Source: Squalus acanthias
Taxonomy: Eukaryota
Assembly (NCBI GenBank): GCA_030390025.1
Contig: CM059432.1
Coordinates: 80,788,001 to 80,852,000 of the forward strand
Reading direction: 5' to 3'
DNA: 64,000 nucleotides
This document shows, in pieces, positions 25,752 to 39,334 of this stretch (position 1 is its first letter; each line of letters opens with the position of its first letter). Under the pieces are notes generated by a model. It did not search any database. It was not told where the DNA came from and saw only the letters and a list, made by a program, of their open reading frames with translations. The position numbers and the translations under genes are program-made.

Positions 25752-26739
25752 GTATACTAATAGAAAGTGACATGTTTTTTGAGATATACCATTTTTAATA
25801 AAAATATGTATATAATATTGGTTGATCCCTCATACCATGGGACAAAACGTATTAGTTTATGATATTAGACTTGAAGAATCTGAATTGCTCCTCATTGACT
25901 TCATTCCACTTTAAGCAGCAGACTTATCAACTGAACTATTGGTGGAGCTTGATTCAGTTCTTTTGACCAAAGGAGCCATTTATCATAAGGTTCAACGCTG
26001 CCAAGCTGCATATGTAAAAAATAGTTTTGAAGCTTTCACATGGTTCTATATAGCTGGTTAAAACAATATACATTTTGTATACATGAGATTAGTGCAGATT
26101 GTCACGCAGTAATGTTGTGGTGGACTATTTATATATTATTATGATATTGCCCAGTAATGCTAAGTTGAAACATTCACTATTGCCCTGGGATGTGCTGCCT
26201 ATTCCACTGATGCGTGTGAAGTGTCAAGTGATCCTGGCCAAGCACATAGCATAGCTCCAGCTGAGGTAAACTAACATCTTACTGATCCAATTGTTGTGAA
26301 AGCAAGGGGTTGCATTGGTGGACAAGAACAGGGTTCCATTCGCTGCCTACATGTGCACGGTGCACAGGATAACCAAGTTCAAAGCACTAGAGTTAAAAGT
26401 ACAGCTGAAGAAAAGAAATCTGAATGCCAGTGGCAACACACAAGTGCTGCTCTATCAGGTGAGAGTGAGAGGTGAAAAGAGAAAGAGGATCATAGAGTGG
26501 AGGATGATGGAGGTGTTTCGCAGACGCAGGTGTTTCACTGTGACCATCGCTCGCTCTTGAAGAGTCTTCAATCGAGTTCTGTCTCCGATCTGGCTGAAGA
26601 CTGATTTCTTATTCTAGGCCTAGTACTTTTATATTCATTAAACAGACCACAATGTTCCAAATTCGCATATGATCCGAGATCAAAAAGTTCAAAATCTGCA
26701 CATGGTCCCAAGTCACGACGTCCAAAATCTGCACACAAT

Positions 26740-27461
26740 GGGCTGGAAATTGCGGTCGGCGGCTTCCCGCGGGCGAATGCCTCTGTACCGCAAGTAAAGT
26801 CCGTACCTACCTGGTGCCTCCGGAGCTTCGAAGACTCGCGCTCATGGGCCTGCAGGCGTATGCCTGCGTAAAGGCCCACGTATCCCAGGGGAGCATGTGC
26901 TTCGCAAGCGGCCCTGGGATCGCATGTGCCGGCCCAACCAATCATAAAGGGGGATTCCCATTATGCTTATGGGGATTCCATTTACGTACGGAATCCCCAT
27001 AAGCATAACAGAAATCCCCTAAAAAACACACTATCGCAGCATTGAAATAAAAATAAATCTCACATGTTCAAAATTAATTAAAATACAATTTAATTAAACA
27101 TTTAAAACAAAAATTTAATTTTTTAAAAAATAAATGTAAATATTTTTCATGGGGCCAAAAATAACCTAAACTAATTTTAAAGGTTTTTGTATGGTTAAAT
27201 CATTTAAAACATTTTATTTTAATATTTATTGAAGCCCATACGCTGGTAAAGAAGACCTTGCACCTGCTTTTACCAGGTGTAAAGGGTTTCGTGGGCAGTA
27301 GTTGGGCAAATAGCTCAACTCTGTGCCAGCAAATGTCCATTTCCTGCGGATGGGTATGATCTGTCAAGCTGAAACTTGACAGATCGCAAGTTCCGGGTTT
27401 TCGTGCATGTGCATCGCATGTGAAAATCCGCAACTTGCAGGGCATTTACGACCGCTGGGCC
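26740..27461. mobile_element. Harbinger-type MITE
   Basis: Ends GGGCTGGAAATTGCGGTCG...CGACCGCTGGGCC with TSD AAT and an AT-rich core. Confidence 0.7.
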
Positions 27462-30400
27462 AATGTTTCAAGTAATCTGTTTAGCGGGGTCACATTGTTC
27501 TCAGTTTTTTTTTGGTCCTACTCAAGAGATTAATTACAATCAGGTCACAATGTCTTTTCTCAGGTATGTAGTTGATCACGTGATTCTAAGTAATGCTTAT
27601 TTATCCATTTGTTTGTCAATTATTTTACTGCTGAGGTCAGTTGTTGACATGCTTATGATCTCTTGTACCTGCACAATTGCAGATTCAATTGTAGATTGTG
27701 GCCAATTGATACCAATACGACTTATGTTAGCATATACAGAAATAAGATGTGGGTCACTGTACCAAGGGCAATCAAAAGGCCATTGTTTGCATAGATTAAT
27801 CATAACTCTGCCCTCCCGATATCCATGACTCCCTGACCTGTTCAACACTTTTGCTCCCACATGGGATATTACTCATTCAGGGGCATTAAGACCCTCCACG
27901 TGGAGACAATGGTCAGCGGTATATGTTAACAATTTATAGTTAATTAACTGAGAGAGTGTGGGGCCATCACAAGGCCCTGGCTGGCACTGCAGATGTCCTC
28001 AGTGTTAGCCTGAAAGGAGTTGGGCATTTAAAAACTGAATGCTACAGTGATCTTGATGACCACTGGTAATGTTATACAGATGGAAATCTAACTGAAGGAA
28101 ATGGCACAGTTCCATCACTACCCTCCTGCCAAGCCTCAGACTCTTAATGTTGTGCTTTCATCCCTCAGTAATTGTGGCTGAAATGGTAGATCCAGTGGAT
28201 AGCAGACTGGCAGGACCAGACTGTAAACCTTGCATGCCACCTGACATCTTCGGTGGCCTTTCTTGCTCTCTCTGGTCCTCCTCAGCCAAATACATTGCTG
28301 GGGGAGCAGTGAATACAATAACCATTATGATGAGAGCTCGCTATCTTAGAAATCTACAATGCAACAAATTATCTGTCACTATCAACAAGCAGTTTTCTGC
28401 CTCTGCTACAAGACCCGATTGTTGCAGGTTTAAGATTGCACCACATTTGTGATGTATTAGCCTTGCAATATGGTGTATTTTTCCCTCAAGTACCTATTAT
28501 GCCAGCAATGCTGAGTTAAACTAACCCAATGCCCATCATAAGCGCAGTTGTGTACACATAACCATAACAGCAATTTCCTGTGATGCAGTAAGTGGTCAGG
28601 AAAGTTGTGCTCATGGTCCACACTGCTGATATTATTGCTTGTTAACCTCTAAGTAACACAGGTGTTCCAGCTAAAACCAAGAATAATTTACAGGGGAGTT
28701 CTCCTGAAAGCTAATAGAATCAGAGAATCGTAGAATGCTACAGTACAGAAGGAGGACATTCGGCACATCACGCCTGTGCTGGCTCTTTGGTAGAGCTATC
28801 CAATTAAGCCCACTCCCCTGCTCTTTCGCCATAGCCCAAAATTTGTTCCCTTCAAGTAGTTATCCAATTCCCTTTTGAATGTTACTATTGAATCTGCTTC
28901 CACCACCCTTTCAGGCAATGCATTCCAGATCACAACAACTCGCTATGTAAAAAAATGTTTCCTCGTGTCGCCTCTGGTACTTTTGCCAATCACCTTAAAT
29001 CTGTGTCCTCTAGTTACCGACAGTCTTGCCACTGGAAACAGTTTCACTTTATTTACCCTATCAAAACCATTCATGATTTTGAACACTTCTATCTAATCTC
29101 CTCTTAACCTTCTCTGCTCTAAGGAGAACAACCCCAGCTTCTCTAGTCTCTCCACATAACTGAAGTCCCTCATACCTTGTACCATTCTATTAAATCTCTT
29201 CTGCATCCTCTCCAAGGCTTTGACATCCTTCCTAAAGTGTGGTGTCCAGAAGGAACACAATACTCCAGCTGATGCCTAACCAGGTTTTATAAATGTTTAG
29301 CATAACTTCCTTGCTTTTGTACTCTATTCCTCTATTACTAAAGCCAAGGATTCCATATGCTGTTTAACAGCCTTCTCAACTTGTCCTGCCACCTTCAAAG
29401 ACTTGTGTACGTACACCCCCAGGTCTCTCTGTTCCTGCACCCCCTTTAGAATTGGCCCATTTAGTTCATATTACCTCTCCACATTCTTCCTACCAAAATG
29501 TATTACTTCATACTTCCCTGCATTAAATTTCATCCGCCATGTGTCTGCCCATTTCACCAGTCTGTCTATGTCCTCCTGAAGTCTGTTATTATCCGTCTCA
29601 TTGTTTACTACATTTCTGAGTTTCATGTCATCTGCAAACTTTGAAACTATGCCCCCTATACCCAAGTCTAGGTCATTAATACATATCAAAAAGAGCAGTG
29701 GTCCTAATATTGACCCCTGGGGGATACCACTGTATACTTCCCTCCAGTCTGAAAAACAACCATTCACCACTACTCTCTACTTTCAGTCCCTTAGCCAATT
29801 TTGTATCCACACAGCCACTGTCCCTTTAATTTTGCTAACACGTCTATTATGTGGTACTTTGTCAAACGCCTTTAGAAAGTCCATATACACAACATCAACT
29901 GCACTACCCTCATCAACCCTCCCCGTTACTTCATCAAAGAACTCAACAAAGTTCGTCAAACACAATTTGCCTTTTAAAAAATCCATGCTGACTTTCATTT
30001 ATTAATCCATACTTTTCTAAATGCCAATTAATTTTGTCACGAATTATTATCTCTAACCGTTTCCCACCACCAACGTTAGGCTGACTGGCCTGTAGTTGCC
30101 GGGTTTACCCCTCTCCCCTTTTTTAAGCAGGGATGTAACATTTGCAATCCTCCAGTCCTCTGGCACTACCCGCATATCCAAGGAGGAATGGAAGATTGTG
30201 GCCAGAGTCTCTGCAATTTCTATCCTTACATCCCTCAGTAACCTAGGATGCATCCCATCCGGACCAGCTGACCTTTCTACTTTGAGGACTGCCAACCTTT
30301 TAAGTACCTCCTCATTATCTATTTTTATCCTATTCAAAATCGCTACTGCCTCCTTATTTACTGCTATATTGGCAGCATCCTCTTCTCTAGTGAAGGCAGA

Positions 30401-30858
30401 GTACTAGCAAAGTACTCATTTAGTACCTCATCCATGCTCTCTGCCTCCATAAGAAGATTTCCTTTTTGGTCACTAATCGGCCCACCCTTCCTTTGACTAC
30501 CCTTTTACTATTTATATGTTTATAAAAGACTTTTCGGTTCCCTTTTATGTTAGCCGCTAATCTATTCTCATACACTCTTTGCCCCTCTTATTCCCTTTTT
30601 TTAGATGGTCTCTGTACTTTCTATATTCAGCTTGGTTCTATACTGTATATGAACCTTACAATTGTCATAAGCCTCCTTTTTCTGTCTCATTTTAACCTTT
30701 ATATCTTTCGTCATCCAGGGAGCTCTAGCTTTGGATGCCCTTCCTTTCCTCCTCATAGGAATGTGTCTACTCTGTACCCGAACCATCTCCTCTTTCCCGT
30801 TGTTCAACTACTGTTCTGCCCACCAATTTTTGATTCCAATCAACCTGGGCCAGATCCC

Positions 30859-30969
30859 TAATAACAACAGAAAATGCTGGAAACACTCAGCAGCTGACCT
30901 GCTGAGTGTTTCCAGCATTTTCTGTTGTTATTTCAGATTTCCAGCATCTGCAGTATTTTGCTATTGTAT
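30859..30969. mobile_element. 111-bp hairpin mini-insert derived from a Penelope terminus
   Basis: Perfect 34-bp inverted repeat (30860-30893 / 30899-30932) flanked by a 13-bp direct repeat TGGGCCAGATCCC. Confidence 0.8.
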
Positions 30970-31829
30970 TGGGCCAGATCCCTTTTCAACTCACTGCAGT
31001 TCAGTACTTTTACACTTGATTGTACCTTGTCCTTTTCCATAACTATTCCAAACCTTATATTATGATTATAGTTCCCTAAATGCTCTCCCACTGAAACATG
31101 CTCCACTTACCCTATTTCATTCCCCAGAACTAGATCCAGCACTGCTTTTTTTCTTGTTGGGCTGGAAACACACTGAGAAAGAAAGTTCTCTTGTACATAT
31201 TTCAGGAATTCCTCCCCCTCCTTGTCCTTTACACTGTTACTATCCCAGTCTATATTACATTAATTGAAGTTCCCCATTATCACTACTCTGTTGTTCTTCC
31301 ATCTTTCTGTAATTTGCCTGTAAATTTGCTCCTCAATCTCCTTCCCACTATTTGGTGGCCTATAGTATACACCCAGTAGCATAATAGCTCCTCTATTGTT
31401 CCTTAATTCGAACCAAATAGACTCCGTCTTTGGTCTCTCAACTACATTATCTCTCTCCAGTGCTATAATAGTTTCTTTGATCAATACTGCCACACCCCCA
31501 CCCCCCCCCCCCCACTCCTTTATTTCCTTCCCTAGCTTTCCTGAATACCGTGTAGTCAGAAATATTAAACTCCCAATCCTCCACTTCTTTGAGCCAGGTC
31601 TCTGTTATTGCCACTATATCATAGTCCCATGTGGTGACTTGTGCCTGCAGCTCACCAACTTTATTTACCACACTCCGTGCATTTACATACCTGCAATACA
31701 AACCCATTTTTGACTGCTGCGCATTTGCCCCCTGTCTGATCCTTCCTATTACTGAACTATTCTTTACTCTAGTGCTAGTTTCCTCTCCCAGTCCTCTGTG
31801 CACTTTGTTTCTCCTCTCTAATGTCTCTG

Positions 31830-32158
31830 TCTTCCAGATGAGACGTTAAACCGAGGTCCCGTCTGCTCTCTCAGGTGGACGTAAAAGATCCCATGGCACT
31901 ATTTCAAAGAAGAGCAGGGGAGTTATCTCCGGTGTCCTGGCCAATATTTATCCCTCAATCAACATAACAAAAACAGATTATCTGGTCATTATCACATTGC
32001 TATTTGTGGGAGCTTGCTGTGCACAAATTGGCTGCCGCATTTCCTACATTACAACAGTGACTACACTTCAAAAAGTACTTCATTGGCTGTAAAGCGCTTT
32101 AGGATGTCCTGAGGTCATGAAAGGTGCTATATAAATGCAAGACTTTCTTCTTTCTTTC
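31830..32158 (+). mobile_element. 5'-truncated Deu-type SINE inserted in CR1
   Basis: Collinear with the 3' part of the SINE at 42942-43400 and ends ...GCTATATAAATGCAAG(TCTT)n. Confidence 0.7.
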
Positions 32159-33569
32159 ATCCTGGTGCCCATCCCCCTGCCAAATTAGTTTAAACCCTCC
32201 CCCACAGTAATAGCTAACCTTCCCACGAGGACATTGGTCCTAGCTCTGTTGAGGTGCAGCCCGTCCACCAGGTCCCTCCTGCCCCAGAACTGGTCCCAAT
32301 GCCCCAGGAATCTGAAGCCCTCCCTCCGGCACCATTTCTCCAGCCACGCATTAACCTGTTTTATACTACAATTCCTATACTCACGAGCGCGTGGTGCTGG
32401 GAGTAATCCAGAGATTACTATCTTTGAGGTCCTGCTTTTTAAATTCCTCCCTAGATCCTGAAACTCTGACTGCAGGGCCTCAACTCTTTTCCTTCCTATG
32501 TCATTGGTTCCAACATGGACCATGACTTCTGACTGTTCCACTCCCCCTGCACTTTCAAAATGTTCGGCACCCTTTCGGTGATGTCCTTTACCCTGGCACC
32601 AGGGAGGCAACCCACCATGTGGGACTCACGTCGGCGGTTGCAGAATTGCCTGTGTATCCCGACTATTGAATCCCCTATGATCACTGCATTTCTACACTTT
32701 GCTGTGCCCCCCTTTGCAGTCATTTGCCCCACAGTGCCTTGGATGTACTCTAGACTGCGCTCCCCCAAGGTATCGTCACCCTCACTGGTATTCAGCGCAG
32801 AAAACTGGTTTCAGAGAACCACACTCCCGGAGGATTCCTGCGCTGCCTGCCTCTTCCTAACCTGCCAGATGGCCAGCCACTTACTATTCTTCTGAACTCT
32901 CTGTAGCTGCGAGGTGACCACCTCCTGGAATGTGCGCTCCAGGAAATTCTTAGTCTCCCGTATGCCCTGCAGTGACTTCAGCTGCTCCTCAAGCTCAGAA
33001 ACCCTGAGATCGAGTTCGAGCAATTGGAGGCACTCCCTGCACACGTAGTTATCCATGACTCCAGGACACATGAAGCGTCCTGGAGTTCCCACATGGCACA
33101 GGAATTGCAGGCAACGGGTCTCAGCTGTCCTATCATTTTGCTTGAAAAAAAATCCCTTTTGATCTAATTAATTACTCTGATTATTTATATATTTACTGTT
33201 GCCCCTTGGCTTAAATTACTTAGCACCTCCTTCCCCCTCAGCACTGAATTCCCACTCTTGCCAAATTCTTGTTGCCAGTCTGTTTACAAGCCACTGTGTT
33301 TAGCAGGTACTCCCAGCTTTGTGCACACAATAATGAAACAGTTTATTATGCTGTGAACTGACAATAGACTCAACATGGAAATAGACAGCAGAACTAAGTC
33401 ATGTTTAGTTAATACAAATATTGAGGAGCTTTTTGTAATTAATGGACTCTCTGGTGTTAGGGAAACCATTTGAGTAGGCAACTGGTAAAACATTTGTAGA
33501 TTTAAACCAAGCATTCAATTTGAAACAAAGAATAAGAGCTATGGGAAAGGCTGTAACGCCAAAGACAAA

Positions 33570-34928
33570 CGCTGGAATTTTGCGCAGCTGATCCGATATT
33601 GCCCGATTTACACCCTCACCAAAATTAAAAATGTTGGCAAAAGTAGGAGAGACAGAAATAGTTAGGACCTGGGTGCAGTGCCGCAAACATTTCAATGATC
33701 TCAGTAGATCACGTAACGTTAGTACAAAGCTACATTGCACCTCATCCTGCTGTGCCGCTCTTCACATCCCCATCACTCTGCCTTCCCTACCCTACTCCTG
33801 CACATCCTTACTCACACCAACTTACCTTGCACCTCCACCCATCCCTCTCTATCTACATTATCACATCCCCATCTCACTAGCCACCCCTCACACCTACCCT
33901 CATCCTAGTCCAATCATACCAACTAACAACACACAAGGGTAGGCACTTGGGTGTTTTAGCCAATGTTCATGTAAAATTTCTGTTAATGTGGTATCAAACA
34001 TTGAAACCTTTATTTTCAACACTTTGTGTTCTTGGACAGATTTGTGTGCACCTTTGGAAGAGGCTTAGTGAGTTGCAGTGAATGGTGAGACTTAACGGTA
34101 ACCCCGCAATGGCGATGAGTGTGAAAGGAATAGCTTGGGCATTGTAGGGATGCTTTATGGTGTTGGTGTGGGGTGGTGCCAACCTGGCGCGTCACGTGGA
34201 AGCCAGGGTGTAAAGCACCAAGTGAAGTAAATCTGGCCTTGGTGAGGCCATCGCTGGCCTGCAGGGCTGCAATGTGCTGGGGTGCTGATGCCCTGTGTCC
34301 TGTGCAGCAGCAGGTGATTGCGGAGAAGGTTGGTGGTGTTGTTGTTGGTGCTGCTTGTGTTGGGGCTGATCGTGGTGGGATTCTGAGGACCAAGGTGAGA
34401 GAGTATAAAAGACACCCATGCTGATGGAATAGATGGCAGGTGAAGTCGAGATGACAGAAGTGATCTGTGAATGGTGAGAGAGGTAATGAGGTCAGACTGG
34501 ATGGAAACTTGTGTAAAGACTTGCAGCATGGTGAATCTGTTGTGGAAATGCAGTGAGGAAGAGCTTGTGGCTGAGGGAAGATATCCCTGTAAGGTGGGAG
34601 CTTTTACTGTACATTTGAATCTGTCAACTCAACAGCTGATTCAATGGCCACTGAAATCCCACCTCAGCTTGACAGACCACGACCAGCGTGGACCCCGTGG
34701 GCGAGCTGTCAAATGCAGAAGGTGAGCTCAAATTCATTCTTAAGTGGCTCTAAACAAGCCACTAATACCGCTGCGTGTTGGGTGTGCTCAGCGCTGACAG
34801 GCCCGACATTGGGGAAAGGCGCATGGTGACGCGTTTACAGCGGGGTCCCGACCCGCTGGGGGAGAAAACCACTTTCTCACCCGACCCACCACCGATCGCG
34901 CCCGCTGACTCCCCGCAAAATTCAGCCC
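33570..34928. mobile_element. Degenerate Harbinger-related element with Myb exon remnant
   Basis: Encodes RTWVQCRKHFNDLSRS at ~33665-33712 and ends AAAATTCAGCCC. Confidence 0.55.
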
Positions 34929-35078
34929 TCTCCTCTGTTACGAGATTGTGTTTGGATTCTTGGCTCTTTCACAGTTTTGCTGACAAGCAGTGTTACAGGT
35001 TGTGCAAAGGTGGGATCATTCTCTCTATCAATTTATCAACAACTTCCCATGACTTTTTACAAAATCTATAAACATTAG

Positions 35079-35806
35079 GGGGGAAAAATTCAGTGGCGCC
35101 TCCTTTGGGGTGCTAATGTCGCCTGGTCGCTAATTTTAGCGCCCCGAAAAAGTTAGCGCCCCTGCGCCGTAAATTCAGTGGCAATGCCCCAAGCAGGAGG
35201 CAGGGCGCTACTGGAAGTGCTCCCCCTCCTTCTCGGGGCGCTACCAGTGAATTTCGCGGCGCTACGCGCATCGGCACATAGCACCACGTAATTGCAGGCC
35301 TCTCACCCCTGATTAAAGGGGAGGGGCCTAGCGCTGCACGCACCGGGGCCCTGCTGGACCACCGGGGAGCAGGGTGCTGGGAAAACAGCCCGGCACTCAA
35401 AAGGAGTGCCGGCTGAGCGATCGTGGCCGGCACCCCAAAGAAAAAAGGGGAAGGGGGCAGGTGCAGGCAGTCAGCCAAAAAAAAATGGCTGCCCGACACC
35501 TGCTCTTTAAGTAGCGCCGCGGCGGCTGCAAAAACGCTAGCCTGACCCTGTCGGACATATAGTCCGGCGATAGGTCAGGGGGCACAACCCAAGTTTGTGG
35601 CCGGGGCGTGAGCAGGATGCTGCGCACAGCGATGACGTCATCGCCAGTGGCACAGCACCGCGGGGCGCTACCGGCTGCTGCTAACCTCCCGCTGAATTTC
35701 GCGGGAGGAGTTAGCGGCGCCGCACCTGGACGTTAGGGACTTTGCACCCCATTAGCGCCCCCTGGGGGTGCTAACAGGAGGCGCAAAGCAACCCAATTTT
35801 TCCCCC
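35079..35806. mobile_element. Harbinger-type MITE
   Basis: Perfect TIRs GGGGGAAAAATT/AATTTTTCCCCC, TSD TAG and many TTAGCGC/GCGCTA motifs. Confidence 0.88.
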
Positions 35807-35925
35807 TAGGAAGCCAAATACCAGTAAGATGGATGTTTATTTTTACATCAAACAGTGGCTGTAGTAAAGTTGTTAAGATCTCTTCATTGTACTCTGATCT
35901 GTCTCATTGTGCACACACAATACAA

Positions 35926-36245
35926 AGGGGCCCCAGCCTGCGATCTCTTCAGACCACCCCCCCATCATGCTCCTCCCAGCCCATGAGCTCTGCCTCCCCC
36001 CCACGCCCATGCTTCTCCCGGCCTGCGATCTCTGCCTCCCACCATGCTCCTCCCAGCCTGCAATCTCTGCGCCTCCCCCCCCCCCCCCCACCCCCAGGCC
36101 TCCAATTGCTTCCGACCACCCCCCTGCTCCTCTGGCTGCCCCTCGGCCCCTGATCCTCCTGCAATTCTCCCCCCACTCCTCTGGCCACCCCCGACCTCTG
36201 ATTCTCTTGCGATCCCTCCCCCCCTGCTCCTCTGGCTGCCCCCCC
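35926..36245. repeat. C-rich low-complexity tandem array
   Basis: Repeated cctgcgatctctgcctccc and cccctgctcctctggctgccc units. Confidence 0.7.
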
Positions 36246-37171
36246 ATATATTTTATTACAATGCAGACATGAAAATGTAATGATTCTGCACAGACAGAGG
36301 AATAGGCCAGTATATTCAATTTAGTCAAAGATTATTTATGACTTAATGATCTATTTACAACTATTACAAAGAACACTTTGTACAGGTATTAATTTATCTT
36401 TAGATGCTTTAATTACATTTCCCCGAGTCCTTTGTAAAATGTATTTTGGCATTGCCCTGCAATACATTACATTTAATTAAGAAACGCTTTTCATTACTTA
36501 AAACATTAACCAATAGCAAAATATAGAGTGATGCTAGGTACGGGCTACAGAACCGTAAGTTGCTAGAGGACAAGATGAAGCCAACTTGTATAATGAATAT
36601 ATTTAAAAATTCATTTTGTTACTCAAATTAACTTTCAATGTCTAGAAAATGAAAAATTTGGAAACTTTTTGATTAAGAAGTAATAGAAGTCATGAATATT
36701 TAAATTACTGCTCTAATGATTACACATGGAATATATTTCCTTAAATAGCATATTTAATTTGCAAACTTGTGAAAAATCAAGTTAAAACAAAAATATCTCA
36801 CTGTGACAGTCGTGTAATGTATAAAATAGATGAGCCGTTGCTATTGAATTCTATGTAAATGTAAATCAGTAACTTTCCAATAAACCTTGTGTTTGAACAA
36901 AAGAACTGAATCAAAATCTCATTTGAAGAATCATATTGAAAAATATTATGAAAGCTGTTTCAGTATATCCATAAAGTTTTTTTATAAAATGCAAATATTA
37001 AACATTTTAAAAATCAACCTGCTTGTAAACTTGTCGGAGCTGGCAGTCATTTTTCCTACTAATACTTGGCAAGTTAAATCCTTACAGTTCGTTGTTATGC
37101 TGGGCAAGTTGAAATTATTCCTTTTTGCAAAATCGTATTGGCCTAGAAATTCTGTGATCATTGAAAACATT

Positions 37172-39035
37172 GGGGAAAAAATTCAGTTGGTTAGCGCCTC
37201 CGGGGGCGCTAATGACTTTTGCCCGTGCAGAACGATTTTAGAGCCACCCGCAAAATTCAACTGGCGGTTTGCGGTGGTGCTAAACACTACCGCCACGATC
37301 TCCTGCGCCCGGAGATCGTGACGCCATCCAAGCGCGTAGTGCCCCGGACTGGAAATTGATTCTCGCCCACTGCCTCAGCGCCTGCCGCTAGGAACGACAG
37401 TAGAAGAGGACGGCTTGCAGTCAGCTGGGAGCTGGGGGAGCGCTATATAAAGACGAGTACTTCCTGTTTTTTTCTGTCGGCATTCAATTTTGCCTTCGCA
37501 CGTTGACCGAAGCAGAGAGGCGTTTGGAGAGATTTGACGGTTTCCTACTTGAAGGAGTTTTGCTCGTCAGGAAAACTTATCAGGTTGCATTTCTTTTACC
37601 ATTGGTACTGCAACATTTACAAGAGTTAATGTGGGCTGCACTGGCACGGGGCCTCGCCCTCCAGCTTCACAGTCGGAGGCAGCGGAGGCGGAGAGAGAGA
37701 GTAGCAAACATGGTCAGAGGGAGGAGGGCCAACAGGGCTCTCCACAGGAGACCTTACCCTCCCAGGGTATTCCGGGAGCAGTTCTCATACATTCATCTCT
37801 CAGAGGAGCAGTGCCTTAGAAGGCTCCGCTTCAGCAAGGAGATGGTCACAGAGCTCTGCCACCTCCTGCAGCCAGAGCTCCAGCCTCAGCTCAGGACCAG
37901 GACGTCTCTGTCGGTGGCAGTGAAGGTCACAGTCGCTCTCAATTTCTACGCCAGCGGCTCCTTCCAGGCTTCAACAGGGGATATTGCCAACATCTCCCAG
38001 TTTGCTGTCCATTGCTGCATCTGGGAGGTCACAGATGCTCTGTACAGAAGGAGAAGGAAGTACATCTCATTCCCCATGACACGAGACAAACAGCATGAAC
38101 CGCGCATGTGGCCTCGCAAGGATAGCGGGCTTCCCTATGGTTCAGGGCGCCATTGACTGCATCCCCGTGGCATTGCGGGCACTTCATCAAAATGCAGAGG
38201 TGTTCCGCAACCGCAAAGGCTACCACTCTCTGAACGTGCAGTTGGTGTGCGACCACAGACAGCACATCATCGTCGTCAATGCCCGCAATCCTGGCAGCAG
38301 CCATGATTCATTCATTCTACGCCACTGCTCCACCCACCGCATCAACCTGGTGGCTGGCTCCTCGGGGACAAGGGTTATCCACTCGCCACCTGGCTGATGA
38401 CACTGCTCCGCAACCCCAACAATCCTGCTGAGCTCTCATACAATGCGAGCCATAACGCCACCAGGAACCTGATTGAACACACCATCGGCATGCTAAAGCA
38501 ACGGTTCTGCTCTCTTGACCACTCTGGAGGAGCCCTGCAGTATTCCCCTGATGGAGTATCTGTTTTCATTGTTGTGTGCTGCATGCTGCACAACCTCGCC
38601 ATTCTGAGGGCCCAGCATTGCCACCAGGGATTGGTGGACCACCTCAGGAGGAGGAAGAGGAGGAGGAGGAGAAGGATAAGAGGAGGAGGAGCAGCACCAA
38701 CGTAGGAGGGAGCCGCTCAATGTTGCTTCTGCAGGGGCCGTTCGTGAATGCCTCATTACACAGCGCTTACAATAAATGAGATAGCACATGGCATTTGGGA
38801 TCAACAACCACATCATTACAGCCAGCTCGCAGGCCCTATGACCGGCCAAAGTTCCAATGAAAAACATGACCAAATTCGTAACGTTGAAATAAGCATTTAT
38901 TATTCTGCACAACTCTGTCTTATTAAACACAACCAATAACAAACACAGCAATTTATGAACAAACAGAACTGGGCGCTAAAGTTTGTGTCCAGCCGATGTT
39001 AGCGCCCAAAATGGTCGATACCGAATTTTTCCCCC
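37172..39035 (+). mobile_element. Harbinger deletion derivative carrying only the transposase
   Basis: TIRs GGGGAAAAAATT...AATTTTTCCCCC with TSD ATT. It holds a transposase homologous to 59422-60573 and no Myb gene. Confidence 0.88.
37629..38774 (+). pseudogene. Frameshifted Harbinger transposase
   Basis: Fragments in three ORFs: YPPRVFREQFSY...KVTVALNFYASGSFQ; GAIDC...NRKGYHSLNVQLVCD...[25 protein letters not shown]...CCMLHN. Confidence 0.88.
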
Positions 39036-39334
39036 ATTGACTGTTAACTTGTTCAACATGAGGGGGAAATAACTCAAGAGAGTCATATCAGTTGTACCAA
39101 GCCGAACACATAATTTAGGTTTGTACTTCAGCATAGTACTAAGTGCATGATGTACTGTTGGAGGTGTCACCTTTCAGATAAGATGTAAAACCAAAGTTCC
39201 ATTTGCCCGGTCCAGTGGTCTTGATGGACAATAAAGATCCAATGACAATATTTAATGACAAACAAGAAGCTCTCCTTGTATCCTGGCCAACATTCCTCCC
39301 TCACCCAACTGCACCAGAAATAATTAATTTTTTT

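Larger units (their letters stand above)
28714..33270 (-). mobile_element. Long degenerate CR1 LINE (ORF1 SGNH-esterase-like; ORF2 endonuclease + RT)
   Basis: ORF1 fragments VIIGDSIV and VHVGTNDIG. Endonuclease fragments VNARSV...IVAITETWL and GVYYRPP. RT fragments NYRPVSLT, DFLKAFDKVPH and KFADD. Confidence 0.9.
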
